A stretch of DNA of 44,287 nucleotides from a virus: IMG/VR virus record IMGVR_UViG_3300002461_000457, positions 1 to 44,287 of that record, one strand, 5' to 3'. The notes beneath the pieces were generated by a model. That model worked only from the letters and a program-made list of their open reading frames with translations, was not told the origin of the DNA and did not search any database. Shown in pieces: positions 24,557 through 33,566 of this stretch. How positions within the stretch are numbered: the first letter of the stretch is position 1; each line of letters opens with the position of its first letter. Both the position numbers and the translations under genes were made by a program.

Positions 24557-25011
24557 GCACCTCTCATAGAGAACAGCAACAGGTCCCCACCATCGTCTCT
24601 TACAGACGGCAGCCGACAGTCGAAATCGAACCCCATTCGCAGCAAGAACGTGGCATTCACCTTCGACTCCGACGCCACCGTTGCCTCGATCCTGGCCCAT
24701 GGCGCGATCTCTCGAAACTTGCGCCACGCCCGGATTCCATCACGCAGGTGAGCGAGCCACCCATCGGTCGTCACCAGGAACGCCACGCCCACTCGAGGCG
24801 TCGTCTCGCGGATGCCAAAGCAACCGACGGGGCGGCCGGCATCATCGACGGCAGCGACACCCGCCACGCACTCGAGCGCGGTCCTGCACGCCCAGCGCTG
24901 CCGGCTCACCGGGTCGGTCTTGATGCCGCATACCTCGAGGTCGCGCACGTCAGACTCACGCATCCGAAGGGCGATCGACACAAGGTGCCATGGCTCGAGG
25001 GCGACGATCAT
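24553..25011 (-). CDS. T7 gp13-like internal virion protein A (GNAT-like fold, DUF2833-type)
   Basis: It follows the putative tail tubular genes, as gp13 does in T7. Pattern: ...GCFGIRETTPRVGVAFLVTT...IEATVASESKVNATFLLRMGFDF. Called from memory only. Confidence 0.4.
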   Translation of the reverse strand: MIVALEPWHLVSIALRMRESDVRDLEVCGIKTDPVSRQRWACRTALECVAGVAAVDDAGRPVGCFGIRETTPRVGVAFLVTTDGWLAHLRDGIRAWRKFREIAPWARIEATVASESKVNATFLLRMGFDFDCRLPSVRDDGGDLLLFSMRGA

Positions 25012-26594
25012 AGCGGCCCCAGCACTTCGTAGTAGGTCTGCAGCAGCGAGAGCTCAAAGTCCTCGTCCGCCTCGTGCGAGATCACCGGCGCCACCGACAC
25101 CGCGGCCACTTCCATCGGGGACAAGCCGTCCGGCCTCGAGTCAGCAGTCACTGCGTACGGGGCAGTCTCCCATGACGGGTTGCGCGAGTCGTACTTGAAC
25201 GACGCCGAGAACGTGCCCTTGCCGGCAGCATCGAATCCGATGAACTGCTTCAGCAGTCCAGGAGCCTTGTTGTCCTGGAAGAACATCTCCGCATAGCAGA
25301 GCGGCGGGATGCCGTCGTCACTGGTGGCTGTCGGCGAGATCTCGTAGACGGTGTTGCTTGACCGACAGTACAGGCTGTTGTCGAGGACCGTCAGCGTCGA
25401 AACGTCAGAAGGGAAGTCGAAGATGGCCCACGCGGACAGCTTCGCCGTCTTGGAGTAGGACAGGACGTACGCTCGAGAGCCGTTGACGCACCACACCTGC
25501 CCGAGCTTCGGGAAGTAGACCGACGACGGGTCATCGGCGTCATCGATCTCGGAGCGGAAGGCGTCGATTGGCGTGCCACTGTCCGACTCCTGCAGGTTGT
25601 TGGTTAGCACCGCGATCGAGATCGTGCGAAACCCCTCCTGCGCAAGGAACAGCAGGTCGCCCGCGAACGATATCGGAGTGCCACCGTGCAACGTACCGAT
25701 CTGGTCTGCCGTGCCCTTCAGGGCATTGTTGGCCGGGGCCGACGCAACGGTCCAGATCTGCGTCGAATCGGCATAGAAGATCGCAAGGTCGCCACCGAAC
25801 GAGCCGAGCCCTGTGACCGTGTCCGAGCCGGAAGCGTGAATGTCCGATGGGATGAAGCCAGCATCGGAGGTCGTGGTCCAGTCGCGGGCATCGGTCGCCG
25901 CGCAGAAGCGCACGTTCGAACCATTGTTGCTGTACAACTTCTGCCCGATCTTCTTGACGTACTTGCCGTGGGGGCAATTGGCGTCCACGACCTTGTAGGT
26001 GAGGCACGTCCAGACAACCTGATTGGGCCCCGGGTTGTCTGTCACCGTCCCGCCAGGGGTGAGCGGCCAGTTCGGCTCAAGGCCGCCTGTGGTTCCGGTT
26101 CCAGATATCGATGTGGCCTGATACCGGTAGCCGTTCGACACGGTCGGTCGACGATATGAGTTGAGCGAGATTGCCACCCCGGGCGCCCATGCAGTGAGGG
26201 CCTGCTCATCAAGGTAGTGGTGCTCGACCGTGCCATTGACATATTCGGCCGACACATACAGGTAGCCGTTGAAGAGCTCGGCATAGTGGATCTTGGCGAC
26301 CGGGGACGCGGCGCCCTGATTGCGCACTCGACGAGCAACGAAGCGGGTGTCGGCGTGGGTGATTGCGACGCCGTCCGCAGAGAAGAACGTGTTGAGCTTC
26401 CCAGCCGCAGCCCTCAGGCCCTTGGTCCCAGCCTCGAGTCCGGCGATGTTGTGCAGACAGGGGCGCTTCTTGATCGACTTGCCCTTGGTGACGTAGCAGT
26501 TCGTCAGCGACCAAAGGGCGTTCGCGATCGGCGAGTGCTGCAGCCTTCGCCGGTCCAGTCCACCTCCGAAGTTGTCCCAGAGGATCGTCGGCAT
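25008..26594 (-). CDS. tail tubular B / nozzle-hub-like protein (528 aa)
   Basis: Assigned from gene order (after the adaptor-like gene), size and beta-rich sequence. ATGA and TGATG overlaps are present on both sides. Confidence 0.4.
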   Translation of the reverse strand: MPTILWDNFGGGLDRRRLQHSPIANALWSLTNCYVTKGKSIKKRPCLHNIAGLEAGTKGLRAAAGKLNTFFSADGVAITHADTRFVARRVRNQGAASPVAKIHYAELFNGYLYVSAEYVNGTVEHHYLDEQALTAWAPGVAISLNSYRRPTVSNGYRYQATSISGTGTTGGLEPNWPLTPGGTVTDNPGPNQVVWTCLTYKVVDANCPHGKYVKKIGQKLYSNNGSNVRFCAATDARDWTTTSDAGFIPSDIHASGSDTVTGLGSFGGDLAIFYADSTQIWTVASAPANNALKGTADQIGTLHGGTPISFAGDLLFLAQEGFRTISIAVLTNNLQESDSGTPIDAFRSEIDDADDPSSVYFPKLGQVWCVNGSRAYVLSYSKTAKLSAWAIFDFPSDVSTLTVLDNSLYCRSSNTVYEISPTATSDDGIPPLCYAEMFFQDNKAPGLLKQFIGFDAAGKGTFSASFKYDSRNPSWETAPYAVTADSRPDGLSPMEVAAVSVAPVISHEADEDFELSLLQTYYEVLGPL

Positions 26595-27253
26595 CAGATC
26601 ACCTGCGGTTTCGAGAGGGCGTTCTCTTCCTGGTAGTCGTACGGGCTGAACACTGCCTTCTTGCGTGCCTGCCCGCGCAGCCTCGTCAGCAGCGACTCTG
26701 CACGCTGCAGGTACAGCTGCGCATCGGGCTGCCGGTAGTGAGCCTTCGCGTCACCCAGGGCCACCAGGAACACGAGCGTGTCGTCGATCGTGAACCGGTC
26801 GTTGTCGTCGGTGAGGCGTGCCAGTTTCTGGATGTAGAACACCCGGATGTTGCGGATGGTGTCGTTCTTGGGCCAAAGCTCGATCTGCTCCGACGCCTCC
26901 CATCGCTGGGGCCAGCCGACGTTGTCCTGCGTCGAGTACATCGCCGCGGCGATGCCCTTCGCGATCGGCGGGGACCAGTCGTTGCTCCCAGTCATGTCCA
27001 CCGATATCGCCTTCACCCGCTCCGGGTTGGCGTTGGTCGGGTAGTCGATGAGGTACTGGTTGACGCCCAGGGACATCACCTCGTACTTGCGCAGCTTGAC
27101 CCAGTCGGCGGCCTCGTAGAGCGTTGCCTGGGCCGTCCGAAGGATCGAGTCGATGTTGGTCTTCATCACGCCGGCAGCAGCACCGGTCGCAGCAAAGCCC
27201 AGCCGAGCGATGAGCTCGGCACGCTTCTCCCCAAGGGTGGCCCAGGTAGTCAT
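26594..27253 (-). CDS. tail tubular A / head-tail adaptor-like protein (219 aa)
   Basis: Assigned from gene order and size (T7 gp11 class). Confidence 0.4.
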   Translation of the reverse strand: MTTWATLGEKRAELIARLGFAATGAAAGVMKTNIDSILRTAQATLYEAADWVKLRKYEVMSLGVNQYLIDYPTNANPERVKAISVDMTGSNDWSPPIAKGIAAAMYSTQDNVGWPQRWEASEQIELWPKNDTIRNIRVFYIQKLARLTDDNDRFTIDDTLVFLVALGDAKAHYRQPDAQLYLQRAESLLTRLRGQARKKAVFSPYDYQEENALSKPQVI

Positions 27254-27855
27254 TACGCAGCCATCTTCTCGACAAGGATCTCGACGAGATCGTCACGCTT
27301 GGCCCGATTCGGGACGGGCACGCCCATTTCCTTCAGCCGCTTGCGCAGCTGATTGAGCGACAACTCCTCGGGAGCGGCGGACTCGAGATCCTCCTCGTCG
27401 TCGCCATCCTCGGTCACGCCGTGAATCAGGTCGTCGATGTTGGCAGGCGGCAGCGACCCCTTGCGGAAGATCTTGACTGCCTGCGCGAACTGAGAGGGTG
27501 ACCCGTAGACCTTCTTGACCACGGGCATCGGCAGTTCCTTGTCCATGCCGTACAGGCTCACGAGACGCTCGTACTCGCTGGCCGGGTCGTGCAGCGGGTC
27601 GTCGCCCGGGGCAACGCGCTGGCGTGCGATGAGCTCTTCCTTGAGCGGCAGGACCGGATCGGCTTCCTCGTTGTAGGGCATCTTGATCGCCTTGATCGAT
27701 CGCGCCCCGCGGATGGCAGACATCTCCTCCGGGTTCGTCATCTGCGCCTGCTCCCCATGGATCTCCTCGAGGAGCAGCACCTCCCACGGGAACACGCACA
27801 CTGCCGTGCTGTCCATGATGCCGCGGTTCACGTTCACAAAGACTCGGTATGTCAT
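27253..27855 (-). CDS. protein with C-terminal SAP/HeH (Rho-N-like) DNA-binding motif (200 aa)
   Basis: Internal ATG 27855 of track ORF 27253..28077. The C-terminus is LSLNQLRKRLKEMGVPVPNRAKRDDLVEILVEKM. Confidence 0.55.
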   Translation of the reverse strand: MTYRVFVNVNRGIMDSTAVCVFPWEVLLLEEIHGEQAQMTNPEEMSAIRGARSIKAIKMPYNEEADPVLPLKEELIARQRVAPGDDPLHDPASEYERLVSLYGMDKELPMPVVKKVYGSPSQFAQAVKIFRKGSLPPANIDDLIHGVTEDGDDEEDLESAAPEELSLNQLRKRLKEMGVPVPNRAKRDDLVEILVEKMAA

Positions 27856-27905
27856 AGTCGTTTTCCCTGTTTTGCTCGCCCCTTCACCGTCGGCGAGCGT
27901 GACGG

Positions 27906-29270
27906 TTATGCAAACGGCCCCCGAGCGATGATGCCGAATGGAATCGCCGGAGAGCCAACGATTGATGCATCGATGTTCGCCGGGCCGTAGTCGCGAACCG
28001 AGTAGACGTCGCCGGGACCGATCTTCCAGTTGCTGACGAGACGACACGACCCGGGGAAGTTCCCGGTGAGATACCAATCACGCACCTCTTGCTTGGTCGG
28101 AATGCCAATGCCTACGCGAATGTCGGCAATGGCGACCCCGGCGTGCTCTCCTGTGGAACTCGGGAACGGGAACTGATGCTGGATGGCGCCGGCCGTGTTC
28201 TGGTAGGAGTTGTCTTCCCAGCCTGCAGCAGTCGTGCGACCAGCAAGGCGACCGTCGAGAAAAAGCTCCATGGTCTTCGCAATGTAGTCAACCACCACGG
28301 CCGCGTGACGCCACTGACCGTGCAGGCCCCTCGGTATCGCGCTAACGCTGGCGGAGGCGCCGCCGTCTCGGCTCCGCGCAAAGGCGGCGAGGCGGCCAAG
28401 GGCGTCGATCGATATGTTGAGGGCGGTCGCGATAGTGTTCGCCAAATAGAACAACACGGCAGAGGCTGAAGGGTTATTCCTAGACTTCCACCACATACCG
28501 TAAGTCACAGAGGTGGCGCCTAGCAGCAACGGCGTCAAGGCTGCCGGCGATACGTTGATGGAGTCATTCACGTCATCGGTGACAAACGCGTGCGTCTGCC
28601 CTTGGTCGACCATAGGCGGGACGATGGCAACGTCATAGGAGATTATTGGCGACCCAGTGATCGACCCTGTCGGCAGCCCAGGGAACCCAGCCTGCGGAGT
28701 GCTTGCGTTGAGGCCTTCGTCAAAGCGAAAGAACAGCACTGCATCATCCGGGTAATTTCCGGTTCGATAGAGGTCGGCGATTTGCTCGGCCGAAAAGGCC
28801 CTCGGATAGACAACAGGCTCATCGATAAGCCCGCCAAAGTAGTTCCCGCCGGAGTAGCGTCCGACAGAAATCCGACTTGGGCCGTAGGTGCGGCCGGCAG
28901 GGTTGCTGCCGCGAACGACGGCAAGCCCGTTCACGTAGATGACCGCATCCCCAGTCTCGGCATTATAGGTGGCCGCGACATGGGTCCAGTCCTTGTGCCG
29001 CAACTCCCAGTTGGCGCCAGCCGTGACAAGAGCGGAGCCGTTTTTTGTGTCGTAAAGTTGAAGAGAGCCGTCGGCGGCCTGCTGGAAGAAAGGGTACTGT
29101 GCCCCGACGTGGTCGCCAATTATGACCATGCCGTATGAGGTTCCCGTCCTCTTTACCCAGGCGGCATAGGTGAACGAGCCAAACTCTGGGCAATTGGTGG
29201 CGCCAGAAATTGCGTCGGACGAGCCATTGAAGGACAGGCAAGAATACATGTCTCTCGCGATGAGGATCAT
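27906..29270 (-). CDS. LamG (concanavalin-A-like lectin) double-domain protein (454 aa)
   Basis: Contains FNGSSDAISG...FTYAAWVKRTG...WTHVAATYNAETGDAVIYVNG...GLIDEPVVYPRAFSAEQIADLY, plus a second similar module. It ends ARGPFA. Confidence 0.75.
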   Translation of the reverse strand: MILIARDMYSCLSFNGSSDAISGATNCPEFGSFTYAAWVKRTGTSYGMVIIGDHVGAQYPFFQQAADGSLQLYDTKNGSALVTAGANWELRHKDWTHVAATYNAETGDAVIYVNGLAVVRGSNPAGRTYGPSRISVGRYSGGNYFGGLIDEPVVYPRAFSAEQIADLYRTGNYPDDAVLFFRFDEGLNASTPQAGFPGLPTGSITGSPIISYDVAIVPPMVDQGQTHAFVTDDVNDSINVSPAALTPLLLGATSVTYGMWWKSRNNPSASAVLFYLANTIATALNISIDALGRLAAFARSRDGGASASVSAIPRGLHGQWRHAAVVVDYIAKTMELFLDGRLAGRTTAAGWEDNSYQNTAGAIQHQFPFPSSTGEHAGVAIADIRVGIGIPTKQEVRDWYLTGNFPGSCRLVSNWKIGPGDVYSVRDYGPANIDASIVGSPAIPFGIIARGPFA

Positions 29271-30682
29271 GCGAACGGCCCCCTTCCAGCCAAGAAGTTG
29301 TATGTGGCGGCCGCGCCACCGGCCTGAAGCGTCCCGTTCCGCCGCTTCCCGGAGAAGTCCTCGGCAACAGTGTTTCCCATCCCCTCCTGGAGCTTGTACC
29401 AGACCTCCATGCTGGAGTCTTTCTGGTAGTTGCCGCTCAAGTACATGTCACGGTACGCGGCGCGGCCCAGGGCTCGACTCCAGATGGCGGCGCTCGCCAC
29501 GCGGATTGTTGAGCGGTTGGCTGATCCGAGGTTGCCGGCGCCAACGACGATACGCGTCGTAGCCGTCGTTAGTAGGTCGTTTCGGTTCATGGTCAGCCCG
29601 GTGTCGATCGTCCTGCGGTGGATGCCGTTCACGTACAAGGCGACAGACTTCCTCTGGAAGTCGATCTCGCCGGCAACGTGCATCCACTTCGCGCCAGTCC
29701 ATGCCGTGCCGTGCCCGAGCACGGTCTGCGATATGCCGCACGACTGGAACAGGTCGACGTTGTCATCCGATCTGCCGCCAACCGCGATCTGCCCGGAGTC
29801 GGTGCAGAGAATGGAGATGACGTTGTTTGCGCTTCCCAGAGTAAACGGGATCTGCGAGGCGGCGAACCCGCTGCCTGCGCTCGGCCACTTCAGCCAAGCC
29901 GCGATCGACATGGCGCGGCAGCCGTCAATCTGCCTGCCGAGGTCGTCGGACAGGATGTACCGAATGCTGCCGTCGGGGCCGTAGCACGTTGAGTAGGGCT
30001 GATCCACGACGGGCATGTCGGCCGGCACGTCGGGGTGATATGACGCTCCGGTCTGCCGAGTCCCGACCCAGGCATTGCCCGACTCTGTGTCCAGGGCAGT
30101 GCTCGACCCGCCCTCATCGAACCTGAAGAGCAGCGTCGGCTTCTGCGGGTAGTTTCCGGCATCGTAGATGCCCCAGATTTCCTGCTGCGTCAGGACACGA
30201 TCGTAGATCGCGGGCTCGTCGATGTTGCCTACCGTGGTGGCGCCAGTCTCGTTGCCTATGACGACATCGGTCCCGGAGTCTACGGCGGCGCCGCCAGCGA
30301 TGGCTCCCGTGCCACTGTTGTACGGCGCCTTCACGCCGTTGATGTAGAGATTGACCTGCCCGGCAGCCGACTTCGTCGCCGCCACGTGAGTCCACGCACC
30401 TCTTGGGACGGCGCCATTGGGCGTGAAGATCAGATCGAGCGCGGCGCCGTCTCCCTTGTAGAAGGCGAGGGAGCGACCGGACGACACCGACAAGATGAAG
30501 GCGGCATTGTTGCCGCTACGCTTGGCAATTATGCCAAAGCCGCCGCTGCCCGAGAGCGGCTTGATCCACGCGCACAAAGTCACGTTGCCGGTCAGCGCCA
30601 GCCGGCTGTCGTGGGGCACGCGCACGCCGCTCGACGCCGTGCCGTCCAGGTAGATCGACGTGTAGAAGTCCCTTGCGATCAT
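29267..30682 (-). CDS. LamG double-domain protein (471 aa), paralogue of 27906..29270
   Basis: Internal ATG 30682 forms ATGA with the upstream stop. Contains LDGTASSGVRV...VTLCAWIKP...WTHVAATKSAAGQVNLYINGV...NIDEPAIYDRVLTQQEIWGIY. It ends GRGPFA. Confidence 0.75.
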   Translation of the reverse strand: MIARDFYTSIYLDGTASSGVRVPHDSRLALTGNVTLCAWIKPLSGSGGFGIIAKRSGNNAAFILSVSSGRSLAFYKGDGAALDLIFTPNGAVPRGAWTHVAATKSAAGQVNLYINGVKAPYNSGTGAIAGGAAVDSGTDVVIGNETGATTVGNIDEPAIYDRVLTQQEIWGIYDAGNYPQKPTLLFRFDEGGSSTALDTESGNAWVGTRQTGASYHPDVPADMPVVDQPYSTCYGPDGSIRYILSDDLGRQIDGCRAMSIAAWLKWPSAGSGFAASQIPFTLGSANNVISILCTDSGQIAVGGRSDDNVDLFQSCGISQTVLGHGTAWTGAKWMHVAGEIDFQRKSVALYVNGIHRRTIDTGLTMNRNDLLTTATTRIVVGAGNLGSANRSTIRVASAAIWSRALGRAAYRDMYLSGNYQKDSSMEVWYKLQEGMGNTVAEDFSGKRRNGTLQAGGAAATYNFLAGRGPFA

Positions 30683-31392
30683 ACCCAAGGCCCTCCTGGC
30701 CGAAACAGAGTGGCTCCACCGCCGTTCGTGTTCGTATGGTAGCCACCCACGATGTCTGTCATGCGAGCGTTCTCGGCGTCCGGGATGAGCCACGCCGTCG
30801 GGCTAGCGGCGACTACGCCCAGGTACAGTTTGGCGACCTCGTCAGCCGTCAGCGCTCTCGGGTAGATCCAGGCGTCGCCGATCCAGCCTTCAAGCCACCC
30901 GCCACCGCCGGTGTTGAAGGCGCCGAAGATATGCGAGTTGATTTGCGATGCCGGGTTGAAGTACGGGAATGAGAATACGCCGGAGGCCGAGGCAAGCCGT
31001 TGGTCGTTCTTGTAGAGTTCAACCGTGCCGGCGTCGTAGTTGGTGACATTGGTGACTAAAGCCCACGACCGAAGATTGAGGGCGCCCGACGACCTAGAAG
31101 TCGTTACGACACTCTCCGCCTGACTGCGAGACTCCGCGTAGATCCCAGGTGAGTTTGAGAAGTTAGACGCAGTGAGAGTTACGCCACCAACCCCGCCGGA
31201 GCTTACCTGCATGATGGTGTCGAACCCCCCCACGGCCGGGATTGCCGGGATATAGCACCAGCACGCAGCAGTGACGCCCTTCGACCCCATGAGCGCAGTC
31301 GTCATGTCGCCGCCGCTGCGCCGAACGTAGTCGTCGACGCCGTCGAGCACCATCATGGAGTACGGCCCCGGCCTCGGGGCGGCGATTGCCAT
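30679..31392 (-). CDS. LamG single-domain protein (237 aa)
   Basis: Internal ATG 31392 (TAATG overlap). Contains LDGVDDYVRR...VTAACWCYIP...IGDAWIYPRALTADEVAKLY. Confidence 0.7.
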   Translation of the reverse strand: MAIAAPRPGPYSMMVLDGVDDYVRRSGGDMTTALMGSKGVTAACWCYIPAIPAVGGFDTIMQVSSGGVGGVTLTASNFSNSPGIYAESRSQAESVVTTSRSSGALNLRSWALVTNVTNYDAGTVELYKNDQRLASASGVFSFPYFNPASQINSHIFGAFNTGGGGWLEGWIGDAWIYPRALTADEVAKLYLGVVAASPTAWLIPDAENARMTDIVGGYHTNTNGGGATLFRPGGPWV

Positions 31393-31655
31393 TACGCATC
31401 GTCCACAGTGCGGCGCACGCCGACGACCCCATCGAGCACGGTGCCGATGGGTGCGGGCGCCACTGGCTGCGAGGAGCGCCACGCCGCGACGGCATCCTTG
31501 ATGCGGCCCTCGACGTAGTCGCGAGCCTCGGCAAGCGTGGAGATCCCCTCCGGGACCTGGAAGGACATTGCCCTGTCCCCGGCCGGCAAGTGGATCGTGA
31601 GGCGAACCTCGCGGCTCGGCTTTGCGATCGCAGTGATCGTGTAGTCCATTGCCAT
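31392..31655 (-). CDS. hypothetical protein (87 aa)
   Basis: Internal ATG 31655 lies 1 nt after the upstream stop. Confidence 0.55.
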   Translation of the reverse strand: MAMDYTITAIAKPSREVRLTIHLPAGDRAMSFQVPEGISTLAEARDYVEGRIKDAVAAWRSSQPVAPAPIGTVLDGVVGVRRTVDDA

Positions 31656-31656
31656 A

Positions 31657-32031
31657 TCACTTCTCCACTCTGAACCAGATGAGGATGCCACCGATGCCGG
31701 CGACGGGCGCCGCAGGGTTGGTCGTGGACGCCTTGATGGTGAGCCCGTTCACAACCTTCTTGCCGGCATCCTCGATGGCCTGACCCAGCGCGTTGCCGTC
31801 GATGTTCGGCGCAATCTGCTGCCCAGTGCTTGCGATGCCGTCGTGGACGCTAATCGGGCAGGCGCCGCCGGCAGCGCTGAGTACGGAGTAGCCACCGTAT
31901 GCGCCTGGGCCGCTGAAGATGATCTGATCGCTCGTGTTTGATTGAACCAGATACGAATCCCAGGCGGTGGTGACGCGCTGCGGCGGGTTAGGCCCTACCC
32001 CAGGTGGGACACTGCGCTCCATCGTGTCCAT
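31657..32031 (-). CDS. hypothetical structural protein (124 aa), possible capsid accessory/decoration
   Basis: Lies two genes downstream of the major capsid gene. Function is inferred from position only. Confidence 0.45.
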   Translation of the reverse strand: MDTMERSVPPGVGPNPPQRVTTAWDSYLVQSNTSDQIIFSGPGAYGGYSVLSAAGGACPISVHDGIASTGQQIAPNIDGNALGQAIEDAGKKVVNGLTIKASTTNPAAPVAGIGGILIWFRVEK

Positions 32032-32330
32032 TACTCGGCCCCTCCGGCTGCCGCCTTGGCCGCCTCTTCGGCTGCCAGACGCTCTGCCTCGGCCTTCTCA
32101 GCCTCTTCGGCCTCGATGCGTACCCGCTCCGCTTCCGCGGCCTGGGCTGCCTCGAGCTCGAGCCGATCGCGCTCGGGCTGGCGTTCTTCCTGTAAGGTCT
32201 TGCCGTTCTCGAGAACGACGCTGGCCTCTCCGACACGCTGGGCAATGTCCTCGAGGTGTCCTTCCGGGTCCGACTCCCGCAGCTGCACCGGGATGAGGTC
32301 ACCGTACTTCTTGACGTGAACGATCTGCAT
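32031..32330 (-). CDS. hypothetical protein with Glu/Ala-rich C-terminal tail (99 aa)
   Basis: ATG 32330 lies 5 nt after AAGGAGG. The track start at 32348 is a GTG lying upstream of that RBS. Confidence 0.6.
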   Translation of the reverse strand: MQIVHVKKYGDLIPVQLRESDPEGHLEDIAQRVGEASVVLENGKTLQEERQPERDRLELEAAQAAEAERVRIEAEEAEKAEAERLAAEEAAKAAAGGAE

Positions 32331-32350
32331 GCTCGCCTCCTTCTGCACCG

Positions 32351-32380
32351 AACCCCGGGGGCATACGCCCCCAGGGGGTT
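32351..32380 (-). terminator. strong GC stem-loop just downstream of the major capsid gene (attenuator / RNA-stabilising hairpin)
   Basis: In aaccccGGGGGCatacGCCCCCagggggtt, the inner 6-bp stem extends to about 10 bp. A second 5-bp hairpin, CTGACtgccGTCAG, lies at 32382-32395. No U-tract follows. Confidence 0.4.
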
Positions 32381-32406
32381 GCTGACTGCCGTCAGGACGG
32401 TGTCGG

Positions 32407-33474
32407 TTACGCGACCGAGAAGACTGCCTGGGCGTTGCTGCGGCTCATCGTGAGAGCGCCGCGCCACGTCAGGCCCCAGTACCACTCGTACTTGTCATAC
32501 GAGCGCGGAGGCTTGCGGGTCAGCATGTCCTGACCGTTGAGGGGACGCAGCTTGATGTAGTTGAGGTTGAGCATGTACATGCGCTTCAACCACGACGTCG
32601 CCGCGCCCGTCAGGGTCTGGATATCGTCGAACTCGGGGTTCCACGTCACGTTGATGCCGTGGAACTTGAGCGACTCGTTGCCGACCTCGATCGACTTGCC
32701 GAAGGCGGCATTGGGGTAGGCCATGCCACCGCCTGCGCCGTACGTCTTGAGCAGGAAGTTGCGCAGCCCGTCGATGAAGTCGCCGCCGGCCTGGATGAAG
32801 GTCGGGCGTCCGCCGTTGCGGATGCAGGCACGCCAGCCGATCTCGAGGTAGTCCAGCACGTTGCCGGTCGTGGTCGTGGTCGTCAGGCCAGTCTGCGCGT
32901 AGTTCCGCCAGTACTCGTTGCCGCCGGTTGCCCGGTTGATGCCGCCGACCGTACCGGTCGTGGGCGTGAGCGACACCAGAGCGTCGACACCGGTGAGGGC
33001 GTCAACAGACTGCGTGCCGTCCAGCTGGAGAGCCTGCGCGAACTTGTCAGTGAAGCCCAGCTTGAGCGCTTCGGTCTGCTCCTGGACCAGATCGGTCAGG
33101 GCAACCATCTCGTCGGCAGAGGCTTGGCCGCGGGGGCCGTCGTCGCTGAGGGAGATGCCATTCTGCAGCATCCGGTCCTCGTCGAGGGCGAAGCCGTCGT
33201 GCGCCGAGCGCCATGCGTACTGCGCCTGCTCGACAGTCTGTCGACGGTTGTACGTGACGACTTGGCTCCCGTTAAACCATTGGAAATTGGACTGGTAGCG
33301 AGCACGCAGCTGCTCGACGATGTACTGCTTGGCGCCGGGCGCGGTCTTCTTGCGCGAGCTCAGAGCCGAGAAGAGGGGGTGATCGTTGCCGACCTGATCG
33401 ATCGGGTTGTTGCGAAGGTAATAGTCGAGGCCGATCTTGCCGGCGTCGGTGATTTCCTGAGAGGTAAAGGGCAT
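32407..33474 (-). CDS. major capsid protein (355 aa)
   Basis: Portal-scaffold-capsid order, appropriate size, own RBS (GGAG), and a strong downstream hairpin. Confidence 0.8.
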   Translation of the reverse strand: MPFTSQEITDAGKIGLDYYLRNNPIDQVGNDHPLFSALSSRKKTAPGAKQYIVEQLRARYQSNFQWFNGSQVVTYNRRQTVEQAQYAWRSAHDGFALDEDRMLQNGISLSDDGPRGQASADEMVALTDLVQEQTEALKLGFTDKFAQALQLDGTQSVDALTGVDALVSLTPTTGTVGGINRATGGNEYWRNYAQTGLTTTTTTGNVLDYLEIGWRACIRNGGRPTFIQAGGDFIDGLRNFLLKTYGAGGGMAYPNAAFGKSIEVGNESLKFHGINVTWNPEFDDIQTLTGAATSWLKRMYMLNLNYIKLRPLNGQDMLTRKPPRSYDKYEWYWGLTWRGALTMSRSNAQAVFSVA

Positions 33475-33566
33475 GACGCGCTCCGTAGTCGTGGAAGTTG
33501 AATGCCCTGGTGAGGGGCTAACACAACCACGGAGGCGAACCCGTTTACGCCGCGGAGCCGATCCCG

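Noticed and set aside
27906-31392. Diversity-generating retroelement targeting the LamG array or the tail fibre
   Set aside because: No reverse transcriptase ORF exists anywhere in the window, and I noticed no template/variable repeat pair. The LamG paralogues differ throughout, not only at adenine-coded positions.
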